From the NCBI RefSeq assembly GCF_009914755.1, contig NC_060936.1: a stretch of 64,000 nt of DNA. One strand, written 5' to 3'. The DNA is from the human T2T-CHM13v2.0 reference genome, Homo sapiens. A program made the translations under genes and the position numbers. The notes under the pieces were generated by a model. The model did no database searches, was not told the origin of the DNA, and saw only the letters and a program-made list of their open reading frames with translations. Positions 53,577 to 64,000 of this stretch are shown here, piece after piece; position 1 is the stretch's first letter, and each line of letters begins with the position of its first letter.

Positions 53577-55704
53577 GCCTTCCTGGGCAGCCTGGCGAGC
53601 GCACACGCGTGTGCACACACACATACTCCTGTGTTTAATATAGCCCTGTCTGTTGTGAGCCACTTGAGGAGAGGTGTCCCTAGAAGAAACTTTTTTCCCA
53701 GAAAATGAGGCCTGGCTGGTGCTCATCCTGAGTTCCTGGAAGGCAGTGTTTTCTTGTAACCATCTGAGATTCCTGGGGCTGGGTATAGTGCCTGATGCTC
53801 TCAATATATGCGTGTTGAATCAAACCAGAAGAAGCAGGCTGAGGCACTGAGTGAAAACCTATGTGGATGTCCTGCTGCCTTTTCCTTGTGGAGGGTAGAT
53901 CATTCCCAACTCTGCCTGAAACTTTGATGCCTTATTGGAGGAAGAGAAAGGTAACTCCCTTGTTGAGCCATAGAGCTCTTAGTTTTTCTTTCTTAAAAAA
54001 AAAATCACTCTTCTTTCAAACACCATTAAATTAGTCCAGTTATGTACACTGGGCTTGTATTGCATGGTTTATATAAAAGCTAAGTTCTTTCTTTAAGATT
54101 GGAGCCCTCCGTGTGAGTGATTTCAGGATAAAAGGCCTTAGAGGATTAGACACATTATTCGTTTGTAAAACTGATTGCTCAAGTGATACAGCCCTAGGGC
54201 TGCCCCCTTATTGTAGCTTCTTGAACACTGTCAAACTGTCAGACTTGGGTTGGTGGTTATTTTATCTCGCAAACAACCAAAACCAGATTTACATTGTAAG
54301 TAGATACTAGCGTGGCTTTTGTCCTTCCTATATCTAGGCCCTGAATACTTCAGAGCCAGATTAAATGCTTTGCTCTATTTTTTCATAGATTTGGGCTTCG
54401 ACCAAACATACAAGTTGAGCCTGTTGACTTCTCTCTTTGTGGATGCACACGTGCGTCTCTGCGTATATTTGTGCATGCTTTCCCGAATAAGTCCTCTTTT
54501 AAAACTCAGCCTTTCATCATTTTAGAAATGATTTGCTCTTTTACAGCTTGTACTTTTTATGGTTCTTAGAGGATCACTGCAGCAAATATATTTGGCAGAA
54601 ATTGAGCACACAAGCCCTTCCCCAGAACTCAGTACTGAATTTGTTCAGTTCCCATCTTAAAAACTTGAAACTCCTTTGACTTTTCCTGTGATGTGCTTAT
54701 TTCTGATCTGAAACTGTAGTTCAAAGCTAGACTTGGTAATCATTCACGTCAAGAAAGGAATGGATTGCTCAAAAAAGAAGTCAGACTCTAAAAATAGCCT
54801 CCATACCGAGGCCCACTTTTCTACCTAGGGAATCAAGACAGAAATATTTCCAGGATTGAAATGACATAGTTCAAGTGACGCAACCATTTGGCTGCCTGCT
54901 ATTTTTCTCTTTTCTGCCAGAAGGAAAATATATAATGTAGAAAAATTCCCCTAGAGTTGTTAAAATAATCACTGAAATAACCTTTGGTGCTTAGTATGGT
55001 ACCCTGGAAAACTTGGATCTCTAGAATGGTTCATTTCAGAGCTTTTCCAGATAGCCAAGTTTTTATTAGAAAATTGGTTGGTATAGACGGTGCTCACTGT
55101 GACTGTTCAGTGCATGATGAGAATCCTTCTTTACAGAGATAAAAAGTGTGAAGAGAATTGCTGAGAAGTAACCATTCATTCCCTTCTGCATTTGCCTAGT
55201 GTGCTGTGTAATTAAATGAGCTGATAAAATTTACAAGAAATAAAGCTTTATGCAATTACAAATAGATGACATGACTTTTTAAAAGGTTTTGCCCATATTT
55301 TTCACACACGCTCTACCTTTAGCCTTCTCTGCTTTCACACAGATGCTGAAAAACAAAAGAGTTAATTAGAAACCATTCCTTTTCTCTCTTTCTGGTACAG
55401 AGAAGGCTTCCACTAAGTATGTGCTGAATAAATGACCCAGTCTGAAAGTTTTAATTTATTACACAGTATATTCATAGAACTGTAACTGTTACAACCTCTA
55501 GTTTGATAGATGTAGCTGTTTTTGTTTTTTTAAGTTGAGATTATATTAATATCTGTCACTTGGGTTGCCAGCCTTTTAGAAGAAAATTTGGGGTTTATAT
55601 TAGAATAGGTTTTAGGTTCAGTAGCCTGTATCCTTTTTTACTGCCCTGGGACAACAGCAAATATTCACCTAAATTCATTCTGTGGTGTAACACTTTAGAA
55701 GTAT

Positions 55705-56110
55705 ACCAGTTCTTCCTTGCAAATAACAACAAAAAGCTCTGAACAACTTAATCACAGAGAAAAAAAAAGCTTTTATTGGAGGTATATTGGGCAGCTCATT
55801 GGCTGATAAGGTAGCAGAAGCAAAAGGATACTTGGCAGCCCGGAGCTTAGCTGAGATGGAGCCATAAGGACAGTTTTATTAGGATGCCACCACAGCTCGG
55901 CTGCCAGTGGACACATGAATTCGTGAGACTAGCACCTCTGCCATAAATAACATCTCACCATCCCTGGGGAATTGGTCACTCCCTTAAGACTCAAACACTG
56001 TGGCAAGTGCATCTAATTGGCTGAGTCCAGGTTATGTTCCAGGGAACAGGGGAGAAAGCTCTGCCAATCTTGGGATTCCCCCACATGCGGTATGTGGATG
56101 CTGAGCAGAC
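55705..56110 (-). mobile_element. Probable old MaLR LTR (MLT1-type)
   Basis: ttgcaaataacaac...aaaaagcttttattggagg..tattgggcagctca; gcatctaattggctgagtccagg. Diverged. Confidence 0.5.
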
Positions 56111-58219
56111 AAAAATATAGAAGTCTAGTAGATGATTGTAAGTTACTGTATAGCAGTGTGTTTCATCTTGTTCTTACGTCCTGTGGAAGCTTTCTTCATG
56201 GCGAAGTTAAGCAGTTCCACATCTGCATTCCCCCAGATCAGCACACCAAAGGTGAACAGCTTGGGTTTCCCCCTACTTTCAGTTACAGGTACAAGATGTT
56301 AGCAAACTATGCAAATCTCAATGAGTTTTGTTTCCTAATTCTGTTTGCATGCTAGGAAACTTGCCTCATGATACAACAGTAAACCCCTGCTTTAAGAAAA
56401 ACATGAGGCTGGTTTAATATGTACAATGTCCAACTCTTAGGAAGTGTTTATTTTTCAATTGCCTTTAATAATTTCTCATAAAGATCGATGAGTCTAAGAA
56501 TTGTGAAGGACCTCAGAGATGATATATTTCAACTTGTCATCCACGTCACGACTGTCTCTTTAGCATCCCAGAGATAGCAGGACAGTCCTCCCCTGCTTGT
56601 GTGTATTCAGTGGGAAGTACTTCCCTGCCCCCTTTTCGTCCCGTTCTTGGATGGTGCTAGATGTGAAAAATAGAGTTGAAACTCACCTCACTGTCACTTT
56701 GCTCTTGGTTCTAGTTTTGCCATGTGAAACCAGATAGGGTGTATTCTTTCTACATTAAGTCTAGAGACAGAACTTTGGAATCAGATATGGATTTGATGCT
56801 CAGCTTTGCCATTTACCCAAAATGAAACAGTTACTTTAACAGTATTTTTCGTCTAATATGTGCAAACTAATTGCTGAATGGATAGGCAGTTATTTTATTA
56901 ATGCAACAAAAGGTTATGTTAGCATTTTAATATTTGTGTTGTATTCACATTGATCGTTTTTACTTGGACTATAGCCAAAGTCAGAACTCTTCTTTTGTGG
57001 ATTTTTTAAACTTAAAATATATGCCTTTACATTTAACCCTATTACGTTTTATTTAAGTTGGCTGAGGTAATGCCTATCATCCCTTCTATAAACTCCTCTT
57101 TCCTACTTTATGGCTTCTATATTAGATGAGTACTTTCTCTGTACCTTTATGTTAATTATTTGGAAGGGAAAAAGATTGAATGGGACGGGACCTGTGAAAG
57201 ATCCCTGTGGCATACCACTAGAGACTGCCTTCCAGGTAGGCATAGTTTTAAAACTATAAAGTTAACTTTATAGTTAACAAGTATATTGTGATTATGTTTT
57301 CTGGCAAATAAATCTCTTTGCTGCCATATGCCATAAATGACACATTATCATTTTTGCAAATATGCACAATGGTACTACATATCAATTGACTGTCAGCCTA
57401 ACCCATAAGAAAAAGTCAGGATAGACTGTCAAGTTATTTGCTGAAATCAGATGCACTGCTTGGCTCTCTGTAAAATCTTTACCAAGTACCCTCTTTCACT
57501 TTACTCGTCTACTCATGGCAAATCTAAAACCTTCTACTTCAGCTTAGGCAAGACATCTTCTTGGGTCAGTGGTAGATGTGAACAATCTTCGTGGGTCAGT
57601 GGTAGTTTAACAGTTTGTTAAACTGTTGTTAATCAATGTATCTACTCTCGGTGATTTTAAGAGAGAAAAGAAGACTTTTTGTTTTTGTCTGAGAGGAGTT
57701 TTTAACCTGGAAAGACAGCTGAAACGTTATCTGAAATGTGAAATGTTAAACATTTTATTATTAAGAGACAGTGTGTTTTTTATTTTACTCACACAGTATG
57801 TGTGCATTTGTGTTTTCTGCGACTGCACATTTGTAATAATAGGCTCATATTTTGTTTTTCATTTTAAAATTGGCTTTGTAGGATGTTCACTAATGTGGAA
57901 AGACAGAGGGATTGGGGAATCACTGGGAAATGCTTGGAGTCAGTCTGTTATGTAGATGTGCAAGGTATTGACTACAGAGTGAGACACTCTTGCTTGGTTA
58001 TGTCCTATTTCTCTCTGAATTTTTTAATTCTCAAAAAGTAATTTAGAACTATAACACCTTGGTTTGTATGAGTGTAAAATGATTTATAAGATAACCTCAG
58101 GTGTGTTGACAGAAGAAATGCAATTAAATTGTTTCCATGTTTAAGAAAAATATGGGAGGTATATGTATTATAAGTATACATCTATTGACTGGCTAAAGAA
58201 GAAAAGATGACTAGGGTAT

Positions 58220-58990
58220 GCCATGCTAAGGAGTTTAGATTTTGTGCTGGAAGTTTAAATAGGGGAGAGAAGGGATGTGTGTTCAGAAGGCTTTTGTAGG
58301 TAGCAGCTGTAGCAATGATCTAGGTGAGAAAAAAATAAGTACAAGCCAAAGCAGTGTCAGAGAGATGGAGTGAAAGAGAAACATTCAAGTGATTAAGCAG
58401 ATTGATTGGGCAAGGTGAGTGGCAGATCAGATGAGGAGCAAGGGATGGGAAGCAGAAAAGACAAGTCTCCGTGGAGCCCATTATCTAGAGTGGCAAGACG
58501 AGAAGGAAGAGCCTATAAGAGGGCTCCCCAGAGAGACAGGAGGGAAATCACAGAGATCAAGGAAGGAGAATTTCAGGAAGGAAAGAATGATCCTGCCCAA
58601 TCAGATGCTGCATAGAATTCAGGTAAGATGAGGACTGAAGGTGTCTTTGGCTTTTCCAAGTAGGGAAGTCATCAGTGACCCAGTAAGCACAATTTCTGTG
58701 GCGGGGAGAGGCAGGTGGAAACCTGATTGCTGTGGGTTGAAATGCGGAAGAAAGTGATTATAGATGACTCTCTTACTGGATTGGAATCGAGAGAAAAGAT
58801 AGGATCTGGAAGGCAACAGCGGGTGAAGGGAGGTTTTTGCTTTTGTTTTGTTTATTTAATGGACGGTATTTAGCCATGTAGAATTGTTGGTAAGAATCAG
58901 AGAGTTGAAAATAAAGGAGAAATATGGGGTGATTTATGGAACAGAGTCCTTGTAGAAGTGAGAAAAAATAAGAGGCAAAGTAAAAATGGA
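58220..58990 (-). mobile_element. L2 internal (ORF2) fragment
   Basis: ccatgctaaggagtttagattt, tcagatgctgca.aga.ttcaggtaagatgaggactga. Minus frame gives NPQQSGF..ATE, a remnant of the L2/CR1 reverse-transcriptase QSGF motif. Confidence 0.8.
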
Positions 58991-59403
58991 GGTATTATTT
59001 CATTTTCAATGGAAAGATGGACACTTGTTACACTGAAATCAGAGGAAAGGTGTGTGTGAACATAAGACAGTTGTTTGTATGGGGGCAGGCTTCATAACTT
59101 GTGGAAACTCCCACTTCACAGCCTTTTTGTTTGTGGTTGGTTGTTTTTTTGTTTGTTTGTTTGTTTGTTTTGCCTGAGAAGCCAAAGATACAGGAGGTGG
59201 CAGTGAAGGAAATGGGAGAGTGCCTGATTGAGCCAAGCTGGGGTCCCCCCACCGCGTGGCATCGCCTCCCAGTGGGAGGCCTGGAGTTTGTATTGATACT
59301 AATTTGTCTGTCTGTGTGGTTTCCCCCTGTGCTGCTCAACACCGTAGTGTAGGAGGGGTGAAAGGAGATGGTGAGACCCATTCTTTCAGGAAATATTAAC
59401 TGA

Positions 59404-59784
<381 letters not shown>

Positions 59785-60006
59785 TTAACACAGGAGGAGC
59801 AAGCCATGTGACTATGTGAGTTCAAAGTATTCCAAGCACAAACAACAATAAAGACCTTGAGGAGGGAAAGTGTTTGATGTATTAAAAGGAACGCGAGGAA
59901 GCAAATGTGTCTAAAGTGATTGGCAAGTGAGGAAGAGCGGAGTTCGGAAACAGGAGTGGGGCAAGAGGACTTGGGAGGAGGCTGTAGGCCACTGTAAAGA
60001 TACTGT

Positions 60007-60306
60007 GTTTTTTGTCATTTTCTGAGACAGGCTCTTGCCTCGGCTGGAGTGCAGTGGTGTAATCATAGCTCACTGCAGCCGCAAACTCTTGGGCTCATGA
60101 TCCTTCCGCCGCAGCCTCCAGAGTAGCTGGAACTACAAGTGTGCACCCCGTGCCTTGCTAATTTTTTTTTTTTTTTTTTTTTTTTTGGTAGAAATGAGGT
60201 CTCACTATGTTACCCAGGCTGGTCTCAAACTCCCAGCCTCAAGCAATCCTCCTACCGCAGCCTCCCAAAATGCTAGGATTACAGGCATGAACCACTGCGC
60301 CTGGCC
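60007..60306 (-). mobile_element. AluJ with expanded central linker (T~26)
   Basis: gtgtaatcatagctcactgcagcc; T run at ~60162-60187; ccactgcgcctggcc. Confidence 0.92.
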
Positions 60307-60509
60307 GGGACTTTGGCTTGTATTAATAATTTGCCAATGAGAATTGTAAGCAATGGATTGACATGCTCTTTGAATTTTAAGGAATCATTCTAGCTATTGT
60401 GTAGAGGATAGGAAGAGGGAGAGTGGGAGAAAGGAGGGGGAAGTGTGAAAGTAGAGAGGCCTGTTAGGGATCTCTTAATAAGTCTGGCAAGACATGATGG
60501 CAGGCCGTA

Positions 60510-60873
60510 CCAAGCATGTTCCTACCTCAGGCCTTTGCACTTGCTGACCTCGCTCGCTGGGATGCTCTTCTACCAAATATATACTTGAACCACTGCGTCC
60601 CTCCTTCAGAGATATCTGCTGAAATGTGAGGTCTTCATAGTAAACCTCACCCCTTCACTTGTATACCCTTTCCATGACATTTTTTCCTCTATAACATTTA
60701 TCACCATTTGACACAGTGTATATTTTACTTGTTTATTTACTTAGTGCCTGATTTCCTGACTAGGATGTAAGCTCAAGAACAGGGATTTTTCTGTTTCGTT
60801 CATTGCTGTGTCCCTGATGCCTAGAACAATGCCTGCAGTGAGGAGGTACTCAATAAGTATTTGTTGAATCAAT
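60510..60873 (+). mobile_element. L2a 3' end
   Basis: cctcaggcctttgcacttgctg...gactaggatgtaagctc...ttcattgctgtgtcc...cctagaacaatgcctg...ctcaataagtatttgttgaat. Confidence 0.9.
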
Positions 60874-62550
60874 TAGGGAATGAAGCTCTTCCATCTCCAT
60901 TATCACCAATACCACCTCTACAGTTATAATTAGTGAGAATTATGGCAGTGCTAATGTTATTTTTTCATTTCCATGTGTGCCTTTTTGGAAAGACTTGCTG
61001 CAACAAGCTTCACATATCTTCCTCTGCAGAGTAGAAGTATGTCACTAAGCCATGGAGTTGATTTCTTGGCTCCTTGTATAGCAAATAGCCTTGCATTTGG
61101 TTCGTGTCAGTCTTTGCATCTTTTTTTAGTCACGTTGCCTACACCCTTCACAATCCTCTAGCTTAAACTCTTGAGTAACTCTGGACACTGGCGTTAGCTG
61201 GAAACTTGAGAACCAGAGGAATGATACTGCCAATAACATGCCTTATGTGCTTGGCATCTAATTTTGGCACTTGTTTTAGCAGGTTTGATTGCATAATTTA
61301 GCCATTGGCTACAAAAAAAAATGGCCACATATCCTGGGAGGAAGGGAAGATTTGGAGGTATAAGATGGAATCTGTCCTAGGGATTTGAGGACGGGCTACG
61401 GTTCTTGTTTTTTTTAAAATATTCCTTCATTTTCAATACTCTTGGGATTATTCCAGGCCTTATGCATTGACCATCACTCAATATTACTTCCTTTGGGGAG
61501 TATGGTATGACGCCATCATTTCTGGTCTTTTCATATGAAGTCTCCATTTTTATTATATTTTTCATGCCTGAATCTCAGGTTTTGCAATATTTTCTCTACC
61601 ACAAAATCTGTTATCAATTAAGTACAACTTAATTTGTTTTTTTTTTTCACTTTTCCCTAATTAAAGATATATATACGCTAATTCAGAATAAGTATGAAAT
61701 ATAATAACTGGAAATAGGACATATAATTGACATAATCCCAAAATAAAAACAAATAATTTGTAGATTTAGTCCTCATAGTCTCACTGGATCAATATAGGAT
61801 TTCTGATCAAATATGATGCATTTTGAGAACCCTCAGTTCATGTCTAGAGGAGAGTCTTTTATTTTTAATGTGCGGGATTTAAGTTGTAAGTGAAGAGGAC
61901 TGCGTCAAGAGGCAGGATAGTAGTTCTACCCCAAAACAGATGTGTGATGTTGAACGAGTCACTTGGAGAAGGATGCCATGGAGAGTATTGGGCCAGGTGA
62001 TTTCTAAAGACTCTTCCAGCATTAAAATACATTAATTCTTTGCATACATCCATGCCTTTTGCTGCTTTTGCAGCTTTCAGGGTTAATGAGAGCTGTCAGG
62101 AGCAGTATGACCTTAGAGGGAAATGGCTCATATCAAGAGAGCAGATGCCAATCCCTTCTAGTACTCTCCCTGGGCAGATGACCCACTCCCTATTTAAATC
62201 CTTGGCTTTTTTTCTTCTCTGATAAGTGCCTGCATAATTGATACTGTTGCCAGTGATCAAACGCTGAAATGACTAAATGATAGAGCTGAAAAAGACCCTA
62301 AGGTGTTATCTAGTCCAATTATGCCCCCTAAACCCCAAAGAGTCTGAAAGAGTAATGGGGCCCATGAGCCAAGTTTAGTATTTCAAATGTCTCGTGGTAA
62401 TTCTATATTTGGAGACAATATTGTAAGGTTAAGCAAGCTGTGGAAGCATGAGGTTGCTCTGCTTATGGCTGGAGTTATAAATGTGAAAATGGATCAGTTA
62501 TTCCTAGTAACTGCTCTTGAGTAAGCAGAATCTTTCAAAATGTCATAGCT

Positions 62551-62854
62551 TTGTTGTCTAATACATAATGGCCACTCACCACATACGGCTTTCAAGCACT
62601 TGAATGTGACTGATCCTTACTGAGTTACGCTGTGAGTGTAAACCACACATCAGATTTCAAAAACTTAGTATAAAAAAGTGAATATTTCATTAATTTATAT
62701 TGATTATCTGTTTAAATGATATTTTCAATACATTGGGTTATATAAAATATTTTATTAAAAGTGATGTCGATTGTGTGTTTTTACTTCTCTTTACTGTGGG
62801 GACTAAAATATTTTAAATTCCATTATATGGGTAACATTTCTATTGGGAGTACTG
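62551..62854. mobile_element. MER33 (hAT-Charlie)
   Basis: tgtctaatac..tggccactcaccacat.cggct...gcacttgaatgtg...cagatttcaaaaacttagtat...catttctattgg. Confidence 0.8.
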
Positions 62855-62897
62855 CTCTAGAGTAAGAGATTTCTGGGTGTGAAAAGGCTGAGACTCA

Positions 62898-62990
62898 CTC
62901 CTTGTTTTGCAGGTGAGTAAGGTGGGTCAGAGAGGTTAGGCCATTTGTTCAAGATCACACAGCAAGTAGGTAGCCAAGTTAGGAGTAGGC
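62898..62990 (-). mobile_element. MIR fragment
   Basis: ttttgcaggtgag...cagagaggttagg..atttgttcaagatcacacagcaagtag. Confidence 0.75.
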
Positions 62991-64000
62991 CAGCATACTT
63001 TCCTTTACCAAAAATGGCCAAAGGGATCATAGTGATTTTTTTACATGGAGTCTATGACATTGCTGCTTTGGGTCAAAGCCAAAAATATTGTGTAGAATAT
63101 TAGCAGTTTTCTAAAGCCCTAAGCCCAAGTTGTATCACCCAGTATCAAATCCAATCAAAAATATATTAAAAAGAATACAAGGAAGAAAAGGAAAGAGGAG
63201 AAACCTCCCTATAGAAGACCCAGTAAGCAATCTGTTTTCATTCTTGAACAGATTTCTTTCACACCAGTGCCCTGGTATTACTGGAAAAAAGTACATTAAT
63301 TACGGGAGTAAAGCACAATAAGAAAACATTTACAAGGAGTCCAGCCCTCATCCATCATGCCTTTCCCTCCAACAAAGCAAGAATCTCTTTAACAAATACC
63401 CATTAAAAGATTAAGCCTAAGAATAAATTGTTTCTTAGTCCCCAGGCAGTTCATTTGACATCATTTCCATAGGATTAGGGACTCCAGCAATATGTGTTTA
63501 GCACAGGGCTATAGTCACACTGCATAGTATTGGTCTAAACCATTCCAAAATATTTTTTTAGATCTCGAACTAATAAGACTTTTATGTGGCTGGTAATTAT
63601 ACTAATATTTCACCCACAAATTGGGCCTTTTTCCCCCTCCACAGTGTGTAACCAAACGCAGCAATTCTGCCTTTAAAAAAAACGAACCACCACCTGTTAA
63701 AAAGTGGTCTAGGAAGTATAGCAATGTCATGGAGCTCTTGAGGATGTGTATAATTGAATAGAAAGGAAACCTAGCATCTGGCGCACTCAGTTCTTAGTCC
63801 CTTTTCCTCTGAGCCATCATTTCTCTTCTGATAACTGTATTTGGTTCTTATAATTACTGATACTATGATGTGTGGAGTTTAAAGTACCCAACAGTTGTAT
63901 AAGGCTTGTTACAAACACCTTCAATGTCCCCACTCCCCTCCCTTCACTCTTGATTTCTTTTTGATTTCCTGCTCACCAGGGCAACCACATTCAAATCTTT

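Noticed and set aside
58619-58816. ORF with an RT-like QSGF motif
   Set aside because: Decayed L2 ORF2 fossil, not a functional reverse transcriptase.

Overview
Human (primate) genomic DNA from the ETV6 (TEL) gene, 12p13, on the + strand. The only coding sequence I can support is the 130-nt exon 2 (27753-27882, codons Q12-L54 plus 1 nt, including the internal start M43). The ORF track misses it because it has no start codon of its own. Everything else is the 3' part of intron 1 and the 5' part of intron 2, filled with Alus, MIRs, L2/CR1 fragments, MaLR LTRs, hAT MITEs and microsatellites. I saw no prokaryotic, CRISPR-like or obviously foreign sequence. The most interesting signals concern control of the ETV6 N-terminus: a NAGNAG acceptor that would break the K11 SUMO motif, a candidate 49-nt cassette exon ending in an in-frame ATG, the M43 start and a TPPES phosphodegron-like motif. 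Possible ETS autoregulatory elements include an ETS-GATA-ETS palindrome next to a MEF2 site inside a ~27.6-kb Alu-free zone around exon 2, and a (GGAA)5 microsatellite in intron 1. Repeat subfamilies and boundaries were called by eye and are approximate. Motif-based regulatory calls are inference.
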